Of a DNA stretch of 64,000 bases, positions 46,901 to 59,299 are shown piece by piece; position 1 is the stretch's first letter, and each line of letters starts with the position of its first letter. The position numbers and the translations under genes are program-made. Location of the stretch: NCBI GenBank assembly GCA_964036045.1, contig OZ038379.1:8990001-9054000 (forward strand), given 5' to 3'. A model generated the notes under the pieces. It did not search any database. It saw nothing but the letters and a program-made list of their open reading frames with translations, and had not been told where the DNA came from. This DNA is from Eutreptiella sp. 'Long Island Sound 2002' (lineage: Eukaryota > Protista > Euglenida).

Positions 46901-49900
46901 TGTTTGCTCACCGCCAGCATCTCCCCGAGGTACGTACCGCCCTGAAACAGTCAACCCAGGCGCACCACCACAACATGCCAGGGCAAATCAAATGTCGCAT
47001 CCACGCAACAATCCAACACGTCGGGGGGTATCGGGCTGAATTGCACTGCTCACCAAATGCACCTTATTGTCTGTCAGAAAACCAATAGTAACGGCTTCCT
47101 ACGAAAGCTGTCTTCAACCGGAGATTGTTCTAACAACTTTCGCAACACGTGATTGCAGGTTCTTTATCTCGAGATGCCTTGCCATTCTCAGTCACACTCA
47201 AGATTTGGGTCCAACCTCATCCGGCATGAAGCAACCCATCCTTTTCTGCCCAACCAATCTGTCTTCATAGGGCCACCAAACACCGGTCTTCGAAAATGGA
47301 GGGGGGGTGGGGGGCGCTTCGCTGGTGTGTTCGTGGGCGTGGTGGTGGCTGCGGGGGGGGGGGGGGGCGGTGGGTGCGCCGGTTGGAGGCCAGTTGTACC
47401 CCCGGTGGGGGGGGGAGGGGTCACTGTAAACCTTGGCAGCTGAGATTGCTGCCACCACCCCCTCGCTGCTGTCCCCAAGGGGAAAGGGGGCCGCATGTGC
47501 GGCTGTGGGGGTGGAGGGACCCACCCCAAAAGCGCCGCCCGCGCTGCCATCAGCCGGCACGATATGTCCCAAAAAATATCCGCTGGCCCTCAGGAGGGAA
47601 GAGCGGGGGGGGGGGGGGGCGGACGGGGTCAACCCTCCTCCCGTTGTCACCGTTGGGGCGCCCTACTGGCACCCATGGCCCCTATGGAGACCCCCTTGCT
47701 ATCCCTCCTTGCCCTGTTGACCCCTTCGGGGGGACTTGGACAGCGAAAGGGGGTGCCTCAGCTCCCCCCCCGTCGTTCAACATACGAGAGCCGCCGAGGA
47801 TGTGCCCCCCCTGTGTGACATAAAGTCCATCTCTGGTTGCTTTACGGGGCCCAGGACAGTCACCCGTTTATCCTTCACCGCATGATGCAGTGTCGGTCTT
47901 CTCCTTCTTCTCATGAAGGTCCGCCAAGCCGCTGTCTTGACCCCACCATTTCTGTTTCTCCATGGCGGCGGGTTGTGGTGGTCAAGACATTAAGGATCCA
48001 TACGGCATTAACCTTCGCTCAGACCCCAGCCCGTGGTGTGGCACCCGTGCTGCAGGCCCCCAGTGGTCCTGCAGCCCCCCCCCCCCCCCCTCATTGAGAC
48101 ACAGGGGAGGGTTCATGAGGGGTTTTGCGGTGAGTGTGCGCAGCCGTGCACTGCCGGACGCGCACGCCGCGATGCGTGCTCTCGCAGCATGGATCGGGAG
48201 CCCTACCGCTTGCACGCATGCGTGCCGCGCGGTGGCGGGCGTAGCTAGCTTTGCCCGTCCCACGACAGGCCCGGCGCGTCACCGCGCAAGGACGAGTCGT
48301 CCCGCGGCGGGGCCGATGGCGCCGCCACCCCGCCCTTGCGGGCTGCGCGGGCTGTGGCCAGGCCGATGAGGGTGAAAGAGACATATGAGGGTGATGAGGG
48401 CTGTCAGGATTGTTCAGGTCACAGGGTGTATTGGAACACTACCGAGGATATGATGCGGGGTCGCCAGACATGCAGGGTGGTGGTACTGGCAGGCCTTGAC
48501 CGAAGCCGGGGGGGGCGGGGTCCTTAATGCAACACATCCAACAAAAAAGTAATCCTGATGATTGACACTTCTAACAATTGTGCACAGCGCCTGGAGAAGG
48601 CAAATGGGCACTGCGCACAGCAAAATTTCAAGTCATCCAGTGCCACGTCCACCTGAAGTGTATCACTCGTAAAGAGAAGATATTATTGTCCCGCAGTCGG
48701 TACTTCACGGATGAAAAAATGGGCCGATAGGGCGCTGCCGGCCCAGAGGGCTGTCCTTAAGGAGCTGTTGATAGTGTCTGGTGACGGTTGTGAGCGCGCT
48801 CATGAAAGTAGGGCAGCATTCGATAGGAGGGCTGCGGGGGTCTGATGAGGCTTGTTCAGGCTCGATGAGGGTGGCGGGGGTTGTTGGAGGCGACAGACCT
48901 GCCACTCGATGAGATTCATTTCCAGTTGTAGGCCTCTGAGGGTGGGGCTGTGCATCACCGCCTCCGCCAGCACTCGGACCGCTGCACGACAAGCACAAAG
49001 CAGAGGATGGTAGAAGTAAGACAAGCAGCAGGGACCGCAATGGGCCAGCAACATCAACGTCCGACGTCACGCGGCAGGAGCCCACGTAGGCCATGGCAGA
49101 GCTCGACACAATGGGCCGCGCGCAGCGGGCAGTGAATCGAAGGCAGTGGGCCTCTGACCGACGGCAGTTGGGCGGTCGTCCGACGGCAGTGGGAGACCAC
49201 CCGACGGCAGTGGGGCGATGAACCGACGGCAGCAGTTGCTTTAACTGACGGCGTTGGCGCTGAACCGACTGGAGCGGATCGCAGTGAACGGTTAAGTGAC
49301 GCGTTTGCTTTGCATCGACAACTTCCTCCCTGTTACCCCATTCGCACTCTGCCGCGTACGACACGGGCGTCGCGTTGCAGGGCGGTGCTTGACTCAGGCC
49401 CAACAACCACATTGAGGACAGCGGATGCCCGAGCCGCACGCGACCGCCCAGGAACCGGCCAATCGGCATCGGTTGGCCATCACCTGCCCTCTGTTGGCCG
49501 CCAACCGCCGTCCTCGCCGTAATTCTGCGAAAGCCTCAGGCTGTTCTGAAATCATGGGAAAAAGAAAGGGGGTTCGCATTCCTGCAGGCCAGCGCTGCAC
49601 TGCGGTGCGCCGCGGGGGCACATTCATGCGTTTGGGCACTGGCAGCTGACCTCACCCGACGTGCTACTGTCGGGCAAGCCGAACACCGATGGGGCCACTG
49701 TCTAAAGCCCCGCACCCCCCGTGTGGAGACGTGTAGAAAACGTCAGTGACACAACAAACGCCTCATCAGTGGTACCAGAGGCGCTTGTTGGTCGAAACCC
49801 CCCCCCCCCCCCCCGGCCTCTCCCGGCTTTCCGCCCAAGCCTCCGGCAATGCCGCTTCCTCCATTGGCCTCAAACACAGACCGTCAGCCCTGGGCACCGG

Positions 49901-52900
49901 TGCCAATACCTTCACAGTCCAACTGGAGGTCCGCCAAGCTCAGCTCTGTCAAGTTGGCCATGTTGATGACCAGATTCGTGACCGCGTGGACGGCCACGGG
50001 GGTGAAAGGTCGATTGCTGTCGAACTGCAGTTTCCTGAAAAAAGTTCAGGTTTGGGGGCACTCGAGGGCACGACGTGCCCGAGCACTAGAAACACGAATT
50101 CGTCCGCCCTCTGACACTGCCATATCAAATGCATCCAACGCCCCCCGAGTGAACGAGAAGGGCCTGAAAGGGAATACCCATGCGAAACAGCGGGTGCACA
50201 AGGACCACTTCGCGCCTCCCGACAAGCGCCGTCGTTGACCAGAAACCGTCCGACCGTCCACAGGGCCCACTGCCAACTGATCCAACGGAGGCACATCCCT
50301 CCCGTCGGAGTGTCAGAATGCTTCCCGCGGGCATCTGGTTGTTCCACCCGAGCACACTGTGCCTCGGGCACTGCTCTGCCTCCGCCCACTGCGCCTCGGG
50401 CACGGCATTGCGCGAGCAAACTGTCCCTCAAACCGGCATTCAGCTGATACTAATGGCTGGCGGCTTTCCGAACAAATCCAACAGTGAATATCACAGGCCG
50501 TGGGTGGCATTCTGACGTTCGATTTTGTGTTCGCAGCATTACCGGAGGTGTCCTGGCCATTTGCCATTTCTGGGGGCAACAAACATCAGGTAAGTAAACC
50601 AAAGCGCTTCCCAGAGGAGAGGGAGGGATGCGAGGGAGTTGGAGTTGGAGTTGGAGTTGGAGCAAAGCACATTTACCGGTGCACAGACAGTGTGCCCAGG
50701 GACCGTTCACATGGCTGCTGTTGGGCTTTGTACATGCTGCCGCTCTTCAAGTTCCAGACTGGGATTTCCCGCAGCTTTCTGCAATGCGTTTGCATGTTCA
50801 CAACCCAACCTGCTGCTCAGACGCAATCACACCAGCACGCTCTGCGCATGTACACTGTGCTCATTTTCCTTCTGAGTCCTTGGGCCCCATCCCATGTTGC
50901 ACTGGGGTCCTTGGGCACCCCCCCCATGCAGCATCTTGCACACTTCGTTTCCTTCGCACCTACTCAAATACCACGCATGAAGAGGAATGAGAGAGGTATA
51001 GCGTATCCGGTTGACTAAGTGAGTGGGTGCAAGCAGCTGGGGCAAGGGGCAGCACTCAAGCGGAGGTACCTCAAGTTCTCATTCTCAATAATCGTGTCAC
51101 AAAAGCTGAGGACACCCTCCTGCACAGAAGTGGGTTGCATGTGCTGGCGTGCACACACACGCACAGCGTGAGAACTTGACACTGCACGAACACCCTGTAC
51201 AGCACTCCTGACGTGCGACCCAGCAACACCCCAGAGAGTTTGCTTTCCGCTGCTTGTGGCAAAAAAAAAAAAAAAAGAACAACCAAAATCATTTCCAGTA
51301 CTTTGCACAGTTGTTGCCAACGACTGTACCACAAGCAGCACAGATTTACGACAAAAACAACAAAATAGTGCGCGCATGTGCCCGCCCTTTGGGATCGAGG
51401 TATTTCGTTTTTGTTCCTCATGAAGGACAGCCTGTGACACGATTGGGGTCAACGGACGGTGGCTGGCAGTCAACCGACGGCAACCGATGGTCAACTGACG
51501 CCGATTGGCCAGTCGCGTCGCCAACAGCGGTTGCCGACCGGCTGGCTCCCACATCCAGCCTTTGAGCCGACACCTTGGCGATGGCTTCTGGGCGAATTTG
51601 TAGGGGGGCCAGCCCGTAGAACCGGTGGAAGCCCCTGTCGAGCAGTACACAGGGTGCCAACAGGGCAAGAGCAGCCTCGTGCAGAGCTGCACACGGTGCG
51701 GACGGAGCAGCAGCAGCACTGTGCCGAGCTGCGTCCGGGGGGCGGTGGCACCCTTTGCAGATTTCGAAACAGCCATTATCAACCAACCCCCCCTGTGTGA
51801 CATTCCGTCTGGTTGTTGTTTTTTTACGGAGCCCTGGACAGTCACCCGTTCTTCCTTTCGCATGTTGCATCGGGTCGCTGCTTTCTGTCGGCCGCTGCGG
51901 CCGGTGCTCCTGCTGGTGTCGTTTCCGCGTTCGTGGAGCCCAATGGTTGGTGTGCTGTGGCTGTGCTAGATGTGGCAGTATGTGCCATTTGCGCGTCAGC
52001 GGCGCCCAGTAGTTTGGTGTACTGGGGTTGTGCTGGTTGTTGTGGGGGTCTGTTTTTGCTGTCCACACACCTCTGTCCTCAGGCCATCCACAACCTGCCT
52101 CTCTGTGGTTCCGTGTGCGTGAGCCCCACGTGTCCTGCTCCGCATGGTGTCCCGGGTGATTTACGCTGCACCATGACCGCGCCATCGGCCTTGGTTCTGC
52201 CCACCCATTTTTTCGGAGGTTCTTTCTCTTGCCTGGCTTCCTTTCCACAGGGCGCCTCAGGGGCCCCAGCGGTGGCCCACTGGGTGCTGGATCCCCTGGG
52301 CGCAGACGAACAATGCCACTGTGTCGCAGGGCCCCCAGGGTTGGCTCCCTGGGTGTCTGATCCCCTGCGCGCACTGGTGGCTCCACGGAACGCATCAGGG
52401 GGCCCAGTGGTGGCCCACTGGGTGCAGGGTCCCCTGAGCGTGGACAGACAAAGACGTTGCATTGCAGGGGCCCCGGGGTTGGCCCTCTGGGTGCCCCATC
52501 CCCTGTGCGCACTCACCATTTTACGTAACTCCTCAGGGGCCCTGCTGGCTCACTGGGAGTCCGATCTCCCGGCCGACCCCCCTATACCAAATGAGCACGC
52601 CCTTCTCCATCCCTCCGCAGCACCTGCTTCGCTCCTCAGGTCCTCAGGCAATGCTCAGGAAGGAGCGCAAGGGAGACCTGGGCGGGAGGGCAGATGCCCA
52701 GGTCTTGCCTCCCTCTCCCCGCCCTGAACCACGCGGTGCTGCCCCTCTTAGGTTGGGCATCCCAGGGCTGAACACCGGGTCGCGCAGCGTCGGGGGGGGG
52801 GTCCTGGGCACATGGAGGGGTACGTGGGTCCCGATGGGTGCCAGAGCACCCATACTGTCACCAAAAGGATCACCCAAACCCATCCCAGAGGCGGAAAGCA

Positions 52901-53974
52901 CCACACGAAAGGCCCCTCCGTTCTGTGGGGGAGGCCGGGGGGCACCTGCCCCGCCAGGCAGTCAAGGAGTGTTGGTCCACCCTGGTAGCGCCACACACGT
53001 GCGCACAGCCACGTGGGTGGCTCAGGAGTTCCGGGCCCAGACAAAACAACCGCGCCACCTGCGCCACCTGAGACTCCTCCAGACCGTTTGCATACTGCAG
53101 AGCCTCAAGAGCCTGCCACCCAGTCTTTCTTCAGAAGGGCTGTGGACCAAAGGAGTGTGGGGTTGGCTTGGGGCGGGGCCTTATACAGGCACCCAGGCCG
53201 CGGCATCCTTCCCGACGGGATTGAACCGCCTGGGCATTCGGTTCCAACGCCGAGCGGACTATGGACAGCGGTCGGAGCCTGGGAGCTCTGCCTGAGCAAT
53301 GGCAGAGAGCAGGTGCGCCGCCCGTCCTGCATTGGCATTGTGCCGCGGAGCACCTGCGCCGGCACCCACTTCGCACACCTCGCCCAGGTCGTTGTTACTG
53401 ACGTTCAGCAGCGCGATGGGGGGGGGCGGCTTCTGTTGGAGGTACTGCGCGAGCATCTGCAGCCCGTCAAAGTGGGCCAGTTGATTCTCCGACACGTTCA
53501 ATTCGGTGACCGTGCCTGCACAGCGAAGGGGCGAGGCCCGCGTCCCTGCCCAACGGGCGGCTGGGTGGTGCCCACACATTCCGGGCCTCGGCGGGGCGTG
53601 GGCAGTGCAACTAGCGCGGCCCTCCGTGGCTCTCCGTCCCGTGTCTACCGTCCTGGTACAGTGCCCTGCGGTGCTCTGTTGCAGTTCTGCCCCCGTGCCC
53701 GTGGCTGCAGTCGCACTCGATGCTGCCGGAAGAAAAAGCCGCGCTGCACGAGAGACGAGATGCAGCACCGCGTCGGCATGGGTCCTGCGCACATGTACTG
53801 AGGAGGGGCGCTCTCAGGTGCCGGGCCCTGAGAGTGTTCCCTGGGTATTGCGCGTCAACCGCGTTCCGCCCGCTTGCAGCCGACTCTGCAGCTTTGCCAA
53901 GCACGAGTTAGGGCGGCGCTGGTGACCCCTCGGCGCATTCTCCAGGAAGGAGGGCATGAGGCCGGCAGCCGGCA
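40750..53974 (-). CDS. Multi-exon RNI-like LRR protein gene (span of supported exons; 5' exons not located)
   Basis: Nine exons join with consistent phases into ...TVTELNVSENQL...ALLNVSNNDLGEEGV...NLRKLQFDSN...NLTELSLADLQL...TLRGLQLEMNLI...SLTSLNLSRN...KLQILYVQHNLIGDDGV...QLRLLDLSENMI...TLQRLHLCRN... with an acidic tail. Confidence 0.8.
41343..41633. repeat. Dispersed repeat family A, longer copy (SINE-like, intronic)
   Basis: G14 run followed by TTGGCACAAGGCCTCGGTATCTGATTGTTTGCCTTTGGCGGCGCC.... The far boundary is approximate. Confidence 0.7.
43241..43402 (-). CDS. LRR gene exon (LRLLDLSEN...ETHHEQ)
   Basis: GTGCAG|TTG...CAG|GTCAGC; phase 0-0. Confidence 0.85.
44307..44423 (-). CDS. LRR gene exon (LSKILDNEDCKLQILYVQHNLIGDDG...RNIQ)
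   Basis: GCGCAG|CTG...CAG|GTGCCC; phase 0-0. Confidence 0.85.
45558..45771. repeat. (GGAG)n tetranucleotide microsatellite with GGAT variants, intronic
   Basis: About 214 bp of GGGA/GGAT units. Confidence 0.97.
45833..46000 (-). CDS. LRR gene exon (GISELLC...NINVPGAVK); 5' boundary non-canonical or uncertain
   Basis: LRR motifs SLTSLNLSRN and LSIMNISTNNI; donor AAG|GTGCGT. Confidence 0.78.
48899..48981 (-). CDS. LRR gene exon (VRVLAEAVMHSPTLRGLQLEMNLIEWQ)
   Basis: GTGCAG|CG...CAG|GTCTGT; phase 1 to 0. Confidence 0.82.
49910..50034 (-). CDS. LRR gene exon (KLQFDSN...LADLQLDCE)
   Basis: TTTTTTCAG|G...G|GTATTG; phase 2 to 1. Confidence 0.8.
51070..51119 (-). CDS. LRR gene exon (EGVLSFCDTIIENENL-R)
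   Basis: GTGCAG|GAG...AG|GTACCT; phase 0 to 2. Confidence 0.8.
51787..52095. repeat. Dispersed repeat family B (C-run + TGTGTGACATTCCGTCT...); other copies at about 39815-39838 (stub) and about 47805-47900 (diverged)
   Basis: Shared start CCCCCCCTGTGTGACAT at three loci; shared GGACAGTCACCCGTT at about 47855 and about 51837. Confidence 0.75.
53379..53515 (-). CDS. LRR gene exon (TVTELNVSEN...NNDLGE)
   Basis: GTGCAG|GC...GAG|GTGTGC; LRR motifs. Confidence 0.85.
53927..53974 (-). CDS. LRR gene, probable exon (xPAAGLMPSFLENAPR-G)
   Basis: CAG acceptor and GT donor, phase 1-1, joins in frame to the next exon. Short, so uncertain. Confidence 0.45.
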
Positions 53975-56900
53975 CTGAAGCGCACATCCAGAACGAGCGC
54001 GCCGCCAATGCGCCCCACTTGGGACACTACAACTTGGCCCCGGGGCAGTTCAGGGCGGCACTTCAAGTCTCACAGCTCAGTACAAAACTCAGTATGTATC
54101 TGGCCTACTTCTAGCGTCCGCCAGGTCAGGCGTGAGCAGGTCCTACTGAGTCGAACACGGGACGCAGGTTCCCGCTGAGTTTCCGATGCGACATGACTGG
54201 TCTGTGGGGCTCATTGCCCACGCAACCCAGTGCCCCTGCCGGACGCTGGTGGCTTCCTATTCAAAGACAGCACCAAGAATTCAGCGTTTACCAGAGGTGT
54301 GCCCTGTCTGCCATGGAACACTGGCCCTCATTGCCTGCATCGTGCTATGGCTATCCGCGCGGTTGCTATACGCAGCCGTGCTCCGAGAAAGGGGTGCGAG
54401 CGCAAGAGGTCGGGTTGGAGGGCACGGGAAACGTCTGCTGGTCAGTGTGTCACTGAAGGAGGCCGGCAGAGAGGCCCGTTCACGCGTGCTTTTGACACAG
54501 AAACACAGATATTCCCGGCGCTCTGGCATCAGCACACAGTGGCAGGTCTGGTTTGGACAGACAACGCCGCAGACAACGTGCGGGTGTTCTGTCTTCCACG
54601 TCTGCGGCGTTGGGCACCCACATTCTGTGTCAGCATCCAACACACACCGGACGCACGCACCGCATCTCCAGGGACTTGACCATTGTTCCTGCGATTGCGG
54701 CGGTGATCACCGAAACGGTCCAGAACCAGAACGGGTGGTTCCCCGGGGCCAAAGGCACCGAGGATGAGGTGGTATCATGATCCAATGAAGAGCAACACTC
54801 CTTTGCACACCTGTTACGACTTGATCGAAACCTGCGACAAGGTCCGCGACAAGGCTTGCCGCAGCCCTTGACGGAAGTATTGACATTCGTGTGTGCCAAC
54901 AGTCTGTGGGCCTCGGGGGGGGGGGAGGGTATGTCTGCCTCTCGGGATGATGCACAGTGTGGTGGCCCCTGTTTTATGGATAGGTATGGCGACCCACGAT
55001 AACAGTATCGCGTCGCGGGAAGTTCCACTGCAAGTTCTCGGCTCACAGCCTCCATTGCCTCTCCCCGTTTCAAGTCAAATCATGCTGCTGTAGCTAAACA
55101 GTGAGCGGGAGCACAGCACAAATGGCAGTGTCGCAATGCACATTGCTCCATCTCACCACCGGTCTAGGTCCCTCCTAAAAGCCCCATGCTAGCCCTCAGC
55201 ACGGCATAGCAAGCCCCCAGAACATTCGAGACAACGTACCCTTTTCAGAAATTGCGGCACAAAGCTCTTTGACCTGCAAAAAACACCCAAATGTGGGACA
55301 GGGATTACCTCAAGCTTGAGGGAGAGGCTGAAGGGGGAGACTCAAGGAGCCGATGCAAACACGGTAACTGGCGGTTGGGAGAACAGTTCGGAAACCAGAT
55401 TTGGCAGTTACAAAACGGTTGGACACCATTGGGGACGGACGGGACGGAACGAAGTGTCACTTCAAGGGCACGGGGGAGGGAGCAAGGGATTCCTTCAAGC
55501 GCCTGGGGTTCCGCGCTGCCACTGCGCCGCAAGCCGGTCAACCCTGGGTGACTGCATTGCGAAACCAAATTGCCCCCCCCCCCCCTCCACACACACACAT
55601 TCGCTCCTGCTACGTTCTGGTCCAGGTTCAGCTGCCAGTTTCTTTCGACCACTTCCTCCGCTTCCCCAAGCCACAACTGTACACGTCAGGCGGGTGAAGG
55701 TTGAGATGTTGGCGGTGTTGTGGTGTTGCACGCAAATGACGAACCATTTCGCATCCGGGAAGGGGGCGACAGTAGGCCGGGGCTTTGAGGTTAGTCACCG
55801 GCGTTTGGCCGGCAACCGCGGCCCAGAGACCCATCCTGAAGGAGTGCCATCTATGTGGGAAAGAAAAATCGGTCTCGTGCTCGAATGCGGCAGTGACGGC
55901 TCACGCGCCGGAACATACGTATTTCCAAGAAAAGCGTGACCCAGAGACATCCACGACTTGCACGTCCGGCCTTGAACGGAACTCTTCAAGAAATTCTTCA
56001 AAAGCGCCGTTCTGCAGTTGTAGAGAGAAGCTCAAAACATACATGAATGTACACAAACGTGAGCCACGACACACAGCCACGTGTGTGTATCAAATGTGGC
56101 AAATATAAGACCCGCACGAACACATCGCAACATGCAGCTTGTTCACACAAGCCTAGCAAGACATTTTACGATGGTGCCAAGCTTGGGCAGCATCAACACA
56201 CGATCAAATCCGAACATCGAGTCGCACCACGTTGACTCGAGAGGGCCACCGTGGGAAGCATGAGCAACCTATTTCCTAAAATGACTTTCCACCCACCTCC
56301 GTGACCAACCAAGTATATGTACCCAACATATTCGACCCATGGGGGTACGTTGGGGGGCATTTGGTGGAGATGTTTCACATCTTTCATAAGCTACCTTTCT
56401 ATGGGCTAGTCATTTCGGGGGGGCACACACATGAGGGATTCGCGACATCCCTTGCGAGAAGTCACCCTTGGCGGAATCACAACACACCTTCGAAAAATCA
56501 TAAAGGCCATCCATCGAGAGGCAACTAGTAGGGCTATCTAACCCTTCCATGCAGCCCGTTTTGGAAAAGAGGAACACCTACAAGTAGATTAGCGTTGGGA
56601 CGATAGCGCAAGTGGTCGACGGCACAATTGAAGCCATTGGCGTCGCACTTAGGAGATCACGCGGAAGCGAGCACAAACAAGCAGAATCCCAGCTGACATT
56701 ATGACCATGTGTCCATTAGGCAGAAGTGTACACACGAAAGGAGAAAGTGTACAACACACCATACGCCTCCCTTCACCCCACACGGACACCCCGGGCACCT
56801 ACAGCTCATTTTCTACTAGTCTTAGATTGAATGTATTATATGGCATGAGTTGCAAGTCACTTGCTAGTCACTGGGTGTCCAAAATAGGTGGTTAAACATT

Positions 56901-57564
56901 GAGAACATGAAACCATGCTACACTAGGCTACGAACATAAACATCTGCTACAGCCGAAGTGCTGTAAGAATTATTCTTCAAAAAACAACCACCCAAAAAAT
57001 GGAAAGCTTAGGACTGGCACTCCTCGGGAGCCTGCCCTTCAGGTAACCAAAGGTGGAAGGGATGGCAAGCAATAGCAACAAAGCAATAGTGAGACAAGCC
57101 GGCGACAAGGGCGTGGTCCTCACTGACTAGTGCGAAAAGTTTGACCTCCGCCACCATTGGGTTTGGGGATACAGGAAGAGTGCACCCAGCGCCTTTGTCA
57201 TCTCGAAAAATAAAATGCAAGAGGACAAAGCACAAAAACGTCGACCAACTCCCACTTTGTCCAAAACGTTGCCTTTCAAAATCAATGCCACCGCAACCAA
57301 AATTGGAGCTTGCTGATGTGCGGGGCCCTTGGAAGCCACTTTCCTAGAACATGTACTGCGTGCATGCGCCTTGGCCAAGCACAGATTCTGGAATGCGAAA
57401 AGTTTTACACCAAGATGTCACGGTTGGGTGAAGAATTGGATTTGACAAAGTGTGTTGCTTGTCATCTTTAAATGGGCCTTGCGGCGTGGCCTAGAGGCCA
57501 CCCTTAAATGTGGTGGTCCCGTTGAAGACATTTCCCAATATTCGGGAACAGAACACAACCCAAT

Positions 57565-58556
57565 CACAAAACAAAACAACACAAGGAATAACACACCACA
57601 CCACAACACACCACAACACCACACCACACCACAACACAACCTGACATAACACAACCCACTCAAACACGACACATTGCAACACATCACATCACAACACATC
57701 ACAACACACCACAACACAACACGACACACATTCGCCTGACGACGAGAGACAAGGGGTGCACACTCGTGCCATAAACTGAGACAACACAACACATCACAAC
57801 ACAACACATCACAACACAACACAACACATCACAACCCAACACATCACAATACATCACAACACGACACAACACAACACAATACAAAAAAAACAAAACAAGA
57901 AGAACACAACACAACACAACAACGGAAAAACAAACAAAACCGGGAATAACTTTATTGTGTTGTGTTGTGTTGTGTTGTGTTGTGTTGTGTTGTGTTGTGT
58001 TGTGTTGTGTTGTGTTGTGTTGTGTTGTGTTGTGTTGTGTTTCTCTTTCTCTTTCTTGCTCATTTCTTTTTTGTGGTGCTATTCCGGTTTGAGCGTGTTG
58101 CCCGTGACCGGGAGTCCGCCCACTGTCAGTCCGTGTGCCCTCGGGCAGCTTGCCTACCGGCATAGCGTGTTACACGCCAGCCCTCGCCTGCTCATGGAAA
58201 CTAGTGGGAGTCCATTCCTTGTCCTCCTTGCCACAGCGGCATGGAGACTCCTCCATGTTGTGGCACTCTGATGCTCCTCTGGAGGCTAGTGTGACAGACT
58301 TTGCATGAGCACTCGGGGTGCTACGGACCGCTGAACCCGCCGTCTTTGGGTACATTGTGTCATAAGTCCAGAAGTGGTCTAGCAATTGTTGCACTACCTT
58401 TGCATGTTCCCATTGCTCAGATCCACAACACAACACAACACAACACAACACAACACAACACAACACAACACAACACAACACAACACAACACAACACAACA
58501 CAACACAACACAACACAACACAACACAACACAACACAACACAACACAACACAACAC
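57565..58556. repeat. Cluster of CACAA/TTGTG pentanucleotide microsatellites in alternating orientation
   Basis: Degenerate CACAA at about 57565-57925, perfect (TTGTG)n at about 57955-58040, perfect (CACAA)n at about 58425-58556; a short TGTTG run lies at about 59155-59190. Confidence 0.95.
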
Positions 58557-59299
58557 GAAATCCCCATCTTCTTGTGTTGCCATGGGGTCGATAGAGGGGG
58601 GGGGGGGGGGGATGGGGCATTTCTCACGTCCGTGTTGGGCCTGTGGTAACACAATACACGAGGGGGGGGGGTGTATTTTTCACCTCCGTGTTGGCCGGCT
58701 CTGTTAACACGCCAATTGCCCATGAGATGTTGCCAGAGCATTATTTGAGGCACATTTTGGTCCAAGCTCGTTGCACCTCACGCTATTCCGAGCACGCACT
58801 GAGACGCAACCCCCAAGTGCAGCGCCAATTGCTTCAATTGTGCCTTTAACCACTTGCGCAATCATGCCTGCCATGAGACCTAGGTCACGGGGAGGGTTTT
58901 GTTTTGTGCTATGGAGACGCAATTCGCTTTGCCTTGTTTTCTTTGGTCCCTTCGTTGGATTATTGAATTATAGTGGAGTTAAGCTGTAGAGCGGATGAAA
59001 GGAGTGTGCTGTGTCGAGGCGTAGTATGCAAGGTTAGGCTGATAGCTCCCGCATGTCGCTCCATGGAACACCAAGCCCGGATACATGACATACCCCGTTC
59101 TCAACCCCGTGGTAGGCAATGCTTGTGATGGGGCTGTGTCAACACGTCCTATATGTGTTATGTTGTGTTGTGTTGTGTCGTGTTGTGTGGCAAAGAGCTA
59201 AACCACATGTGAGGACCCCTAGAAGGGTGCTGAGAGAGCTACACATACTTACGCGGCCTAACTAGATGCATGCCAAGCTATGTTGCAAGCAACCTACAC

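Noticed and set aside
57418-58765. ORFs with CCVVL/HNTTQ repeats
   Set aside because: Translation of the CACAA/TTGTG microsatellites.
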